In this document: positions 27,039 through 37,100 of the stretch, in pieces
Numbering within the stretch: position 1 is the first letter of the stretch
How the letters are laid out: each line of letters begins with the position of its first letter
IMG/VR virus record: IMGVR_UViG_3300023174_000069
Length of the DNA stretch: 64,000 nucleotides
Strand: one strand, 5' to 3'
From: an uncultured virus (IMG/VR IMGVR_UViG_3300023174_000069)
Taxonomy: Duplodnaviria > Heunggongvirae > Uroviricota > Caudoviricetes
Position numbers and translations under genes: made by a program
The notes under the pieces: generated by a model
Told to the model about the DNA's origin: nothing
The model's database searches: none
What the model saw: the letters and a program-made list of their open reading frames with translations, nothing else

Positions 27039-30000
27039 ATGGCCTTAACCAAAATTCGTGGTAATACACAAATTAAAACTGGTTCCATTACCAATGTCGA
27101 GATTGCCTCGAATGCTGGTATTGAACTTTCCAAACTCGCCGAAGGCGCAGAGCTTATTAAACGTGACGGTTCTGTAGCTTTTACAGGTAACGTAGATGCT
27201 GGATCACACAAAGTTGTAAACGTATCTGCTCCAACTGCTGCTATGGATGCGGCTAACAAACAATACGTTGATGACGGGTTAGAGACACTTCGTGCTCAAG
27301 TACAGGATGATCTTGATCCAAGACTTGATGCTATCGAAGGTCGCATGACGACCGCCGAGGGCGATATTGATGCACTTCAATCCGATCTTGCTGCTGAAAT
27401 TGCTCGTGCTCAAGGTGCTGAAGCTGATTTGGCTTCTGATCTTGCTGCTGAAGTTGCTGCTCGTGAAGCTGCCGTTTCCGCAGAAGTTGCTGCTCGTATT
27501 GCTGATGTCGATGCTGAACAAGCTCGTGCTGAAGGTGCTGAAGCTGCTATCGCATCTGATCTCTCAGACGAAGTTGCTCGTGCTACTGCTGCTGAAGCTG
27601 CTATCGCATCTGATCTCTCAGACGAAGTTGCTCGTGCTACTGCTGCTGAAGGGCTTCTTGATGGTCGTGTAACTGACCTTGAGAATGGTCTTTCTGCTGA
27701 AACCCTTGCTCGCCAAAATGCTGATGCTGGACTTGCTGCTGATATTTCGGCTGAAGAGTCTCGTGCAATGGCTGCTGAGGCTGGACTTGCATCTGATCTT
27801 GCAGACGAAGTTGCTGCTCGTGAAGCTGCTGTTTCTGCTGAAGCTGCTGCTCGTGAAGCTGAAGACCTTACTTTCTTGAAGCTCGACGGTTCAAGAGCTA
27901 TGGAAGGCAATCTTTTAGTACCACATTCTTCCATCATAACTGGTAATACGGCTACTCCAGCTCCAGGTGACTACAATCAATATGTTGAAATTATTGAGGG
28001 CTCAGTTAATATTAATGGAGTTACATCATCTGGAATAACTAGCACAAATTTGATTCCTGGACTCATGTCTATGACGTCAGTAGATGGCGACGGAGCTCCA
28101 ATTGGTTTTGTGATCGTATCGGGAGAAAATGTCAAATGGTCTGACGGCGATGGACAACCAATGATGCCCTTTGATCCTGACAATTTAACCACAAAAGCAT
28201 ACGTTGATCAAGAAGTTGCTGGTGCTGTAGCTGACAGTGATGCTGTAGCTGCTGATCTTGCTGCTGAGGTTGCTCGTGCTACTGCTGCTGAGGCTGCTCT
28301 CGCTGCTGATCTTGCTGCTGAAGAAGCCGCTCGTGTTGCAGACGTTGATGCTGAGGAAGCTGCTCGTATTGCTGCTGTAAGTGCTGAAGCATCTGCTCGT
28401 ATTGCTGCTGATGCTGCTCTTCAAGCTGAGATTGATGCAGAAGAGTTGGCTCGTGCTGCTGCTGTAAGTGCAGAAGAGTCAAGAGCTATGGCTGCTGAAG
28501 CTGATCTTGCTGCTGATCTTGCTGCTGAAGAAGCTGCTCGTATCGCCGACGTTGATGCTGAGGAAGCGAGAGCTATGGCTGCTGAAGCTGATCTTGCTGC
28601 TGATCTTGCTGCTGAAGTTTCAGCTCGTATTGCAGACGTAAACGCAGAAGAGTCAAGAGCTATGGCTGCTGAAGCTGATTTGGCTGCTGATCTTGCAGTT
28701 GAAGTTGCTGCTCGTGAAGCTGCTGATATTGTCCTTCAAGGAAATATTGATGCTGAGGAAGCTGCTCGTATCGCCGGTGATGCTGCTACACTTTCGAGTG
28801 CTAATGGCTACACAGATGCCGAGATTGCTGCTCTTGTAAACAGTGCTCCTGCCGTACTTGATACTCTCAAGGAACTCAGTGATGCTCTTGCTGGAGATGC
28901 AAACTTTGCAACTACTGTTGCTGGACAAATTGGTGCTGTAGCTGCTGATCTTGATGCCGAAGAAGTTCGTGCTCTCGCTGCTGAAGCTGCTCTTCAAGCA
29001 GAAATTGATGCTGAAGAAGTTGCTCGTGCTGCTGCTGATGTTGTTCTTCAAGGAAATATTGATGCTGAAGAAGTTCGTGCATTAGCTGCCGAAGCTGTTC
29101 TTCAGTCCAATATTGATGCAGAGCAAACTCGTGCCGAAGCTGCTGAAGCTGGACTTGCATCCGATCTTGCTGCTGAAGTTTCAGCTCGTATTGCAGACGT
29201 AAACGCAGAAGAGTCTCGTGCTCTTGCTGCTGAAGCTGCTATCGCTGCTGATCTTGCTGCTGAAGAAGCTGCTCGTATTGCAGATGTAAATGCAGAAGAA
29301 GTTCGTGCTCTTGCTGCTGAAGCAGATTTGGCTGCTGATCTTGCTGCTGAAGAAGCCGCTCGTGTTGCAGACGTTGATGCGGAAGAGACTCGTGCTCTTG
29401 CTGCTGAGGCTGCTCTTGGAGTGGACATCGCTGCTGAGGAAGCTGCTCGTATTGCAGATGTTGATGCCGAGCAAGCTCGTGCAGAAGCCGCAGAAGCTGC
29501 TATCGCTGCTGATCTTGCAGTTGAAGTTGCTGCTCGTATCGCCGCAGTAAGTGCAGAAGCATCTGCTCGTATTGCTGCTGATGCTGCTCTTCAAGCTGAG
29601 ATTGATGCGGAAGAAGTTGCTCGTGCTGCTGCTGTAAGTGCTGAGGCAACTGCTCGTATAGCTGGTGATGCTGATCTTGCTGCTGATCTTGCTGCTGAGG
29701 AAGCTGCTCGTATCGCTGCTGACAGTGCGCTTGACCTTCGTGTGGGATCTCTTGAAGATCGCATGGATGAAGCTCAGATTGATATTGCTGCACTTGAGAC
29801 TTCTGTGCTCTACGTTGCAAACGTTATCACTCGTGAGTCGCCAAGTGGTTCAATCAACGGTAGTAATGCTGTGTTCTCACTTGCATACACTCCTGTGTCG
29901 AACAGTGAGCAAGTATTCTTGAACGGACTCTTGCAAGAGCCTGGAGTTGGAAACGACTACTCTATTTCTGGTGGAACAATTACCTTTGCGGTAGCCCCAG

Positions 30001-30041
30001 TAAGTGGAGATCGTATTCGTGTTAGTTATCTTAAAGCATAA
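27039..30041 (+). CDS. Long Ala/Glu/Asp-rich coiled-coil fibre protein (whisker/fibritin analogue?)
   Basis: About 700 aa of AEEAARIAD-type repeats, an APxxLDTLxELxxAL fibre motif and a C-terminal EQVFLNG beta-domain. Codon bias (gct/ctt/cgt) resembles gp23. Confidence 0.8.
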   Translation: MALTKIRGNTQIKTGSITNVEIASNAGIELSKLAEGAELIKRDGSVAFTGNVDAGSHKVVNVSAPTAAMDAANKQYVDDGLETLRAQVQDDLDPRLDAIEGRMTTAEGDIDALQSDLAAEIARAQGAEADLASDLAAEVAAREAAVSAEVAARIADVDAEQARAEGAEAAIASDLSDEVARATAAEAAIASDLSDEVARATAAEGLLDGRVTDLENGLSAETLARQNADAGLAADISAEESRAMAAEAGLASDLADEVAAREAAVSAEAAAREAEDLTFLKLDGSRAMEGNLLVPHSSIITGNTATPAPGDYNQYVEIIEGSVNINGVTSSGITSTNLIPGLMSMTSVDGDGAPIGFVIVSGENVKWSDGDGQPMMPFDPDNLTTKAYVDQEVAGAVADSDAVAADLAAEVARATAAEAALAADLAAEEAARVADVDAEEAARIAAVSAEASARIAADAALQAEIDAEELARAAAVSAEESRAMAAEADLAADLAAEEAARIADVDAEEARAMAAEADLAADLAAEVSARIADVNAEESRAMAAEADLAADLAVEVAAREAADIVLQGNIDAEEAARIAGDAATLSSANGYTDAEIAALVNSAPAVLDTLKELSDALAGDANFATTVAGQIGAVAADLDAEEVRALAAEAALQAEIDAEEVARAAADVVLQGNIDAEEVRALAAEAVLQSNIDAEQTRAEAAEAGLASDLAAEVSARIADVNAEESRALAAEAAIAADLAAEEAARIADVNAEEVRALAAEADLAADLAAEEAARVADVDAEETRALAAEAALGVDIAAEEAARIADVDAEQARAEAAEAAIAADLAVEVAARIAAVSAEASARIAADAALQAEIDAEEVARAAAVSAEATARIAGDADLAADLAAEEAARIAADSALDLRVGSLEDRMDEAQIDIAALETSVLYVANVITRESPSGSINGSNAVFSLAYTPVSNSEQVFLNGLLQEPGVGNDYSISGGTITFAVAPVSGDRIRVSYLKA
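27370..29730 (+). repeat. Degenerate coding repeats (54-nt/18-aa and 33-nt/11-aa units)
   Basis: For example gctgaagctgctatcgcatctgatctctcagacgaagttgctcgtgctactgct occurs in tandem near 27537 and 27591, and a roughly 100-nt block recurs near 28365 and 29535. Confidence 0.85.
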
Positions 30042-30066
30042 TTAACTAACTTCCCATAGTGATATA

Positions 30067-30090
30067 GTGGTGTCTCTTCGGAGACACCAC
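30067..30090 (+). terminator. Stable cUUCGg hairpin (terminator or mRNA 3' stabiliser)
   Basis: GTGGTGTCTC-TTCG-GAGACACCAC: perfect 10-bp stem but no clear U tract. Confidence 0.7.
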
Positions 30091-30173
30091 AATTCTATTC
30101 ATATAATTTGGCGAAGAATAGAATCTTATAGATTAATATCACAAAAGATTTTTAATTAACGGAATAACGAACA

Positions 30174-31850
30174 ATGTCAACTCAGATTCGTGGTAATAAA
30201 CAAATTAAAAATATCACCATTCAAAACGAACAGCTTGCGAATGGTACGATAGAACTCAACAAACTCAAAGAAGGATCAGAACTATTAAAAAGAGATGGTT
30301 CTGTAGTTGCAACCGGAAATTTTGATCTCGGTTCTCATCAAATTAAAAATGTTGCGGCACCAGTAGATGCTACCGACGCAGTTCGCAAAGCTGATCTTGA
30401 TGCAGCCACTGCCGGACATGTTGTAACTAGAGAAATTCCATCAGGGTCCATAAACGGTTCTAACACACAATTTACTTTGTCTAATACTCCAAATATTGGA
30501 AGTGAGCAAGTATTTTTGAACGGTGCTTTACTCAACACAGGAGCAAACTCCGATTATGTAATTGATGGAACAACACTTACATTTACTATTGCACCTCAAA
30601 CTGGTGACGTAATTCTTGTAAACTATATTAGTGATGCTATTATAGTTAGTTTGGATGTAACTAGCACACTCAATCAATTCAATTCTCGATTAACAACCGC
30701 CGAGAGTGAATTATTCACAGTTCAAGGCGATGTTGTTGGTGCTCAAACAAACATTAGCAATCTTCAAAGTAGAGTTACTACTGCTGAAGCTGATATAGTT
30801 GCTCTTGAAGGTAATGTATCTGCTGCTCAAGGTAATATATCCACACTTCAATCTGGTGTTTCTACACTACAATCTGGACTTTCTTCAGAAATAACTGCAC
30901 GACAAAATGCTGTTAGTTCATTAAGCTCCAATATTACCACACTTCAAAGTGCAAATACAACTCTTGGAAATAGAGTTACTGCTGTAGAAGGTGATATTAG
31001 TGCTCTTGAAAGTGCTGACGAAGCATTTGATCTTCGTATTGGTGTGATTGAAGATGGACTTCAAGCTGAAACATCTGCAAGAACAAGTGCTGATAGTGCT
31101 CTTAGTTCTCGTGTTACTACTCTTGAAAATGCTCCAGCTCCTGTAACTTCGTATAACAATCTTACTGATAAGCCTAGCTTGTTTAGTGGTTCATATACAG
31201 ATCTTTCTAACAAACCTACTTTGTTTGATGGTGCGTATGCAAGTCTTTCTGGCAAGCCTAGCTTGTTTAGTGGCTCATATGACGATCTTTCTAACAAACC
31301 AACTATAGCATTAGCTGCTCACCAATGGTCTGCTAATCACACAATAGCTGATGGAACAAGATATTTGATTGGTGACATCGTATACGACAACGGAAACATT
31401 TACGTTGCAAATTACGAAAATGAAAGTATGCCAACTTCAAGTGCATTGTATTGGACAAATCTTGGTCCTGGTAAACGAATCAACATTGATGGAAGAGATA
31501 TACAAAACATTCCATACTCAAGTTTGACTGGTAAGCCGTCTCTATTCAGTGGTTCGTATAACGATCTTACTAACAAGCCATCTTTGTTTGATGGTGCGTA
31601 TGCAAGTCTCTCTGGCAAACCAACAATATATACACCAGTCAAAGAAGTTCCTTCTGGTAGTGTTAATGGTACAAACGTAACATTTACAATATCAAATGCA
31701 CCTGCTGTAGCTGGTACTGAACAAGTGTTCTTGAACGGATTGTTGCAGTTTTCTGGTGTTAGTGATGACTATACAATTTCGGGTGGTACCATCACTTTTA
31801 ATACCGCACCTGAAACTGGTTGGAAACTTGTTGTATATTATTTCGTTTAA
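30174..31850 (+). CDS. Fibre protein with coiled coil, SGSYxDLxNKP repeats and a CBM5/12-like module
   Basis: N-terminus paralogous to the 27039 protein; two EQVFLNG domains; W...YLIGDIVYDNGNIYVA...W motif. Confidence 0.8.
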   Translation: MSTQIRGNKQIKNITIQNEQLANGTIELNKLKEGSELLKRDGSVVATGNFDLGSHQIKNVAAPVDATDAVRKADLDAATAGHVVTREIPSGSINGSNTQFTLSNTPNIGSEQVFLNGALLNTGANSDYVIDGTTLTFTIAPQTGDVILVNYISDAIIVSLDVTSTLNQFNSRLTTAESELFTVQGDVVGAQTNISNLQSRVTTAEADIVALEGNVSAAQGNISTLQSGVSTLQSGLSSEITARQNAVSSLSSNITTLQSANTTLGNRVTAVEGDISALESADEAFDLRIGVIEDGLQAETSARTSADSALSSRVTTLENAPAPVTSYNNLTDKPSLFSGSYTDLSNKPTLFDGAYASLSGKPSLFSGSYDDLSNKPTIALAAHQWSANHTIADGTRYLIGDIVYDNGNIYVANYENESMPTSSALYWTNLGPGKRINIDGRDIQNIPYSSLTGKPSLFSGSYNDLTNKPSLFDGAYASLSGKPTIYTPVKEVPSGSVNGTNVTFTISNAPAVAGTEQVFLNGLLQFSGVSDDYTISGGTITFNTAPETGWKLVVYYFV

Positions 31851-31856
31851 TAAATA
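31849..31856 (+). promoter_or_regulatory. T4-type late promoter (AATAAATA)
   Basis: At the gene junction upstream of the 31891 fibre. Confidence 0.5.
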
Positions 31857-31890
31857 GTTTAACTATAGGGCATATTAAAGGGTAACTAAA

Positions 31891-34800
31891 ATGTCAAAGA
31901 CAGAAGTTTCTGGAAAGCAAATTAAAGACGGATCTATTGAACTTGTAGATTTGTCTGCAACAGTATCAAATGATATTAACACATTAAAGAGTGATGTTTC
32001 AACTCTTCAGAGTGATGTTTCAACTATTCAAGGTGATGTTGCAACACTGCAAACAGACGTTGCGTCAAATGGATCAAGTGTTTCTGGAATTGATGGACGA
32101 CTTGGTTTACTTGAAGCAGATTCTACGACAAAAAACTACGTTGATGCACAAATTTCCAATTTAATAAATGGATCTCCGGCTGCGTTAAACACTCTTAATG
32201 AGCTTGCAACTGCATTAGGAAATGATGCTAATTTTTCTGCTACTGTTACTGGACAAATTAGTGATATTTCTGCTGATGTTGCATCGTTAGATGGTAGAGT
32301 TTCTTCAGTTGAAAGTGATGTATCAACTCTTCAATCAGATGTTGCTGGAAAAGCCAGTGCATCATCGCTTGCAACAGTTGCTACAAGCGGTGCTTATGCA
32401 GACCTTACTGGTAAACCATCATTGTTTAGTGGAGCATATACTGACCTTACTGGAAAGCCCTCGCTTGCAACAGTTGCTACTAGCGGTGCTTACTCAGACT
32501 TGAGTGGAACACCAAGTCTTGCGGCGGTTGCTACAAGTGGTTCGTACAATGATCTTTCTGATAAGCCTTCTTTCTCAAGCAATCTCGACGGTCTTACTGA
32601 TGTAACAATCACAACGCCAGCTAACGGACAAGTTCTTCAGTATAACGGAACTGCATGGATAAATGGAGCTGCTCCATCAACATTCAGTGGATCATACAAT
32701 GACCTTTCTGATAAGCCGTCGTTGTTCAGTGGATCTTATGCAGATCTTACTGGCAAGCCAACTTTGTTTGATGGTGCATATGCGAGTCTTACTGGGAAGC
32801 CTTCGTTGTTCAGTGGTTCTTATACAGATTTGACTAATAAACCATCTTTGTTCAGTGGTTCATATAACGATCTTACTAACAAACCAACAATACCAGCTTC
32901 ACTTGATGATTTGAGTGATGTTGTTATTACTTCTGCATCTAAAGGACAATTTGTTGTTCACAACGGAACATCATTTGTAAATTCAAGCACAATAGAGGCT
33001 TCTAGTGCTGCTGTTAAACCTTTGATTATAAAAGGTGCTGCATCTCAAAGTGCAAACTTGTTTGAAGCGCAAAACAGTTCGGGCACTTCTCTGCTGTCCA
33101 TCAGTAATAGTGGTACAATAACATCAGGAATGTTCTCAACATATGCTGGAGGAGGACTTGGTGTTACAGGAATTGGAAGTGGTAATTCATCGTACAGTGC
33201 ACAAGGTGTTTATTTAAATGCTTCAGTAAGCGCATACGGCGTCATGGACATGGTAGGAAACAATGGTGGATTCATTGACTTTGCCGGAACAAACGAAGAT
33301 TTTCACGGAAGACTTTTGTATGATCGTGGAAGTCACGCATATTACTTCTACACAGGAGCAAATGCAACTGCAAAAGTTTATATAGACCGAGACAACTATG
33401 GAACTCTTTGGGTTGGCCCTGGTTCTGCATCATCTAAAGGTGTTGTTGTTCAGGCGGCTGCGTCACAAACAGCAAACTTGTTTGAAGCACAAAACAGTTC
33501 CGGTACAGTATTGTTCTCTGTTGATAAAGACGGTAGCATGGCTGCTGGAACTGTGCCTGTAGCTCGTGTATCTGGTCTTGCAACTGTAGCAACAAGTGGT
33601 TCGTATGCTGATCTCAGCAACAAGCCAACAATTCCTAGTTTAACTGGTTATGCAACAGAAGTATATGTTGATAATAAAGTTTCTGCTCTTGTTGCTAGTG
33701 CTCCTGCCGCTCTTGATACACTCAATGAGCTTGCGGCTGCATTAGGAAACGATGCAAGTTTTTCAACAACAATTACCAATTCGCTTGCTGCAAAGGCAAA
33801 CACATCGTCACTTGCAACTGTAGCAACAAGTGGTTCGTATGCTGACCTCAGTAACAAACCAACATTGTCTAGCTTTACTACTTTGACTTCTCCAGCATCT
33901 GGTCAGTTTTTGAAGTATAACGGCACTGCTTGGGTAAACTCTGCTGTAGCATATAGCGATGTTACTGGAACGCCTACTCTTGCAACTGTAGCAACAAGTG
34001 GTTCGTATGCTGACCTCAGTAACAAACCAACCATACCAGGCACATCTGATGGAAATGCTTTGGGTGCAACCACGATAACAACAACCTCTGCTTCAACTAA
34101 AGCGTTGATTGTAAAAGGTGCTGCATCTCAATCAGCAAGTTTGCTTGAAGTACAAAACAGTTCTTCTCAAATATTGAGCAAAGTTGCATCTGATGGATCT
34201 GTGTCAATGTATGACACATCTGGAGCAAATGGCTTTACAATATCGAATAATAGTGGTAGTGAAAAGCACACATTACCTTCTCAGAAAGCATTTCAAATAA
34301 CACAACCTGGAGCATACGGAGTTGCCACTACGTTTAGTATTGGTGCAGATGATGCTATTGGTGAAAACGGAAAATGGCAGATTCGATACGGAACCTCCGG
34401 CTCGTCGGGAAGTGCTGTAAACTTTAGACCAGGATATATAGACTCTAATCGTTTTGGTGGAGTCGGAATCATGGTTCCTGACGATATGTATGTGAAAGCA
34501 AGATTGCACATTCACAATATACCGTTTCCAACACAAGGTAATTATGGTGATTTTACTGGACTTTTAATTCAAAATTATGACAATCAATCTGCAAACGCAT
34601 TTGAGCTTCAAGACCAAAGTAACAATAAATTGTTTGCGATCAACAAACAAGGACAAGTTCAAGCTGTAAGTGCTTCGACTAAGGCTCTTGTTGTTAAGGC
34701 CGCAGCATCACAAACAGCAAATGTAATTGAAGCTCAAGATAGTTCTGGTAATGTTATATTTGCTGTAACTCCATCGAATTTGCACACAACATTCAATGGT

Positions 34801-35166
34801 ATTACAAGCAAAGAGACAAATGCTACCGTTACAACAACTAATGCAACTGAAACAACATTGTTTAGCTTAACTCTTGCTGACAATACCACATATAACCTTG
34901 ATGTTATGGTTTGTGCTCGTTTATCAAGCACAACTGCTAAAGGAATGTATGGTAGATCAAGATTGATGGTTTACAGAAACAACGCCGGTGTTGCTACAAT
35001 CGCTGCTGATTTTGGCGGTCAATTAGAAGAGCTTGATACATACGGAACTTCTGGATACGACTATGTTGTAGACGTTTCTGGTAACGATGTGCGAGTTCGA
35101 GTTACTGGTGCTGCAAGCGAAACTGTTAAGTGGGCTGCTAATGTTAAATACGTTTCAGTAAGCTAA
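31891..35166 (+). CDS. Long tail fibre-like protein
   Basis: Two (A/S)PAAL(D/N)TLNELAxALGND motifs, many LATVATSGSYADLxNKP repeats, LDGLTDVTIT...GQVLQYNG repeats and KGAASQSANLFE repeats. Confidence 0.85.
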   Translation: MSKTEVSGKQIKDGSIELVDLSATVSNDINTLKSDVSTLQSDVSTIQGDVATLQTDVASNGSSVSGIDGRLGLLEADSTTKNYVDAQISNLINGSPAALNTLNELATALGNDANFSATVTGQISDISADVASLDGRVSSVESDVSTLQSDVAGKASASSLATVATSGAYADLTGKPSLFSGAYTDLTGKPSLATVATSGAYSDLSGTPSLAAVATSGSYNDLSDKPSFSSNLDGLTDVTITTPANGQVLQYNGTAWINGAAPSTFSGSYNDLSDKPSLFSGSYADLTGKPTLFDGAYASLTGKPSLFSGSYTDLTNKPSLFSGSYNDLTNKPTIPASLDDLSDVVITSASKGQFVVHNGTSFVNSSTIEASSAAVKPLIIKGAASQSANLFEAQNSSGTSLLSISNSGTITSGMFSTYAGGGLGVTGIGSGNSSYSAQGVYLNASVSAYGVMDMVGNNGGFIDFAGTNEDFHGRLLYDRGSHAYYFYTGANATAKVYIDRDNYGTLWVGPGSASSKGVVVQAAASQTANLFEAQNSSGTVLFSVDKDGSMAAGTVPVARVSGLATVATSGSYADLSNKPTIPSLTGYATEVYVDNKVSALVASAPAALDTLNELAAALGNDASFSTTITNSLAAKANTSSLATVATSGSYADLSNKPTLSSFTTLTSPASGQFLKYNGTAWVNSAVAYSDVTGTPTLATVATSGSYADLSNKPTIPGTSDGNALGATTITTTSASTKALIVKGAASQSASLLEVQNSSSQILSKVASDGSVSMYDTSGANGFTISNNSGSEKHTLPSQKAFQITQPGAYGVATTFSIGADDAIGENGKWQIRYGTSGSSGSAVNFRPGYIDSNRFGGVGIMVPDDMYVKARLHIHNIPFPTQGNYGDFTGLLIQNYDNQSANAFELQDQSNNKLFAINKQGQVQAVSASTKALVVKAAASQTANVIEAQDSSGNVIFAVTPSNLHTTFNGITSKETNATVTTTNATETTLFSLTLADNTTYNLDVMVCARLSSTTAKGMYGRSRLMVYRNNAGVATIAADFGGQLEELDTYGTSGYDYVVDVSGNDVRVRVTGAASETVKWAANVKYVSVS
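33577..34031 (+). repeat. Three dispersed 53-bp repeats within a fibre gene
   Basis: cttgcaactgtagcaacaagtggttcgtatgctgacctcagtaacaaaccaac is identical at 33811-33863 and 33979-34031, and near-identical from 33577. Confidence 0.85.
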
Positions 35167-35194
35167 TTAATAGTCTAGCATTTAAGGAGATACT

Positions 35195-36115
35195 ATGCCA
35201 AGACTTACTGGAATATATTCAGGAGCATCAACAAGTGATGAGTTATCATCAAATGCATACATTTCTGTCGTCAGTTCGGGATTATCCTCTGGTACCATAA
35301 TAATGTATGTTGCAGATATTTTACCTGCAGGATGGTTGTTGTGTGACGGCTCTGCTGTAAGTAGAACAACATATTCTGCACTATTTTCTGCTATTGGTAC
35401 AACATACGGTACTGGTAATGGTTCAACAACTTTCAATTTACCAAACATGACAGGTAAGATGCCAATAGGTGTCAAATCCGGTGGTAATGTTGGTTCATTA
35501 GGTGCAACTGGTGGCAGTTTTAATCATGTGCATCAAATGGGTGCTCACACACATGCTCAGTCTCACACTCATACCATAGCACATACACACACAATATCAC
35601 ATTCACACACCATTGATCACTATCATGCTGTTGGAACTCATCAGCATCCTTGCGATCATACACATTCTATTCCAGCTCACTATCATAATGTATCTGGATC
35701 TGCGGCTTTTGGAAATCATACTCACACAACTGCAATTTCATCTGGATCTTCAGGTAGTGGCAGAGTTAGAACAAATGCAACGCCCACATCCGGTTCTGCT
35801 GGTACAACCGCCGCTACCGGATGGAGCTATAGCACATCAATAGCTGTTGGACCAAATAGCGCTGGTGATAGTGCTATGAACAGTTCAGCTATGATAAATC
35901 AAGAAGCTGGTACAACTAGCGGAAGTAGTGGAAGTGCAATAGGAAATACCAGCACATATTCTGGTAGTACAGATTCGGTTAGTGCAAATACTGGATCATC
36001 AAGTGTTGCCAGCAGTAGTGCTTATGCATCAAATACTGGTGAAATGACAACAACAGAAAATGTTCTCGCCGCAAATCCTCCATTTTTAACAGTAAACTTT
36101 ATCATAAAGACATAA
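35195..36115 (+). CDS. Tail-collar domain protein with His-rich needle (paralogue 1)
   Basis: PAGWLLCDGSAVSRTTYSALFSAIGTTYG...FNLPNM; 10 HxH motifs; NPPFLTVNFIIK. Confidence 0.88.
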   Translation: MPRLTGIYSGASTSDELSSNAYISVVSSGLSSGTIIMYVADILPAGWLLCDGSAVSRTTYSALFSAIGTTYGTGNGSTTFNLPNMTGKMPIGVKSGGNVGSLGATGGSFNHVHQMGAHTHAQSHTHTIAHTHTISHSHTIDHYHAVGTHQHPCDHTHSIPAHYHNVSGSAAFGNHTHTTAISSGSSGSGRVRTNATPTSGSAGTTAATGWSYSTSIAVGPNSAGDSAMNSSAMINQEAGTTSGSSGSAIGNTSTYSGSTDSVSANTGSSSVASSSAYASNTGEMTTTENVLAANPPFLTVNFIIKT

Positions 36116-36118
36116 GCC

Positions 36119-37096
36119 ATGCCATATATTACAGGACTTAAATCTTCAGGTGCTGCGAATTCGGTTGCAACGAACGCAGAAGTTTCAGGACTTTCTGGTG
36201 GTGCATCATCATTACCCGTTGGTGCGGTAGTACCTTTTGTGGGAACATCAATGCCAACTAATATGTTGCTTTGTGATGGGTCTGCGGTGTCTCGTTCAAC
36301 TTATTCATCACTATTTACAATTATAGGAACAACATTTGGTTCTGGAAATGGATCAACAACTTTTAATGTACCAGATTTTAGAACTGGTACTAAAATTCCT
36401 GTTGGTAAAGACTCATCAGTAACAGACATCAATGCTTTAGGCAAATCTGGTGGATCCTTCAATCACACTCACACATCCACTGCTCATGCACATAGTTTTA
36501 CACACTCTCATGATATGGGAAGTCACACTCACTCATATGATCATTCTCACACCATGAGCAATCATACTCATACAACAGATCATTATCATTCATTAGGAAA
36601 TCATTATCATACATGGGCCGCTCATGGACACGCTCAAAATAATGTATCAATAACATCAAATAGCAATAGCGCACACACACATTCATATACTGCATGTAAT
36701 ACAACTGGCTCAACGGCTGGAGGATCGGCTGGTCCTAGACAATCTGCAAGTAGCGCATCAGGTTATTATAACACATCTACGGACAGTCAAACTGTTGGAG
36801 CTTCTGTTACTATAGGTGCTTCCGGAACAACAAATATGTCAGTGAACGCTCTTGCTTCTGGTTCTCCTAAATGGAATGACGGCTCTACAAATAGAGATCG
36901 TGTAACCTCTACTAGCAATACTTCTGGTACACCTTCAACAAATAGTACAGATACTGCAACGGGAAGCACGGCAGTACCATCAAATAACAACACCGACTCA
37001 TATACAGGAAATACTGACTCCGGTGGTGGATCTTTAACAACCGATTCAGCAAATCCACCATATCTAACCGTTAATTTTATAATTCAGGCGCAATAA
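36119..37096 (+). CDS. Tail-collar domain protein with His-rich needle (paralogue 2)
   Basis: PVGAVVPF...LLCDGSAVSRSTYSSLFTIIGTTFG...FNVPDFR; 10 HxH motifs; NPPYLTVNFIIQ. Confidence 0.88.
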   Translation: MPYITGLKSSGAANSVATNAEVSGLSGGASSLPVGAVVPFVGTSMPTNMLLCDGSAVSRSTYSSLFTIIGTTFGSGNGSTTFNVPDFRTGTKIPVGKDSSVTDINALGKSGGSFNHTHTSTAHAHSFTHSHDMGSHTHSYDHSHTMSNHTHTTDHYHSLGNHYHTWAAHGHAQNNVSITSNSNSAHTHSYTACNTTGSTAGGSAGPRQSASSASGYYNTSTDSQTVGASVTIGASGTTNMSVNALASGSPKWNDGSTNRDRVTSTSNTSGTPSTNSTDTATGSTAVPSNNNTDSYTGNTDSGGGSLTTDSANPPYLTVNFIIQAQ

Positions 37097-37100
37097 TTAT

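Noticed and set aside
27279..29922. Many overlapping and antisense ORFs (poly-Leu, poly-Ser, poly-Gln)
   Set aside because: Shadows of the gct-rich repeats in the coiled-coil gene.
26801..30174. tRNA genes in the intergenic gaps flanking the coiled-coil gene
   Set aside because: No cloverleaf or T-loop consensus found by eye.
31140..34031. Regularly spaced short repeats resembling a CRISPR array
   Set aside because: They are in-frame coding repeats varying mainly at synonymous positions, with no unique spacers and no cas genes.
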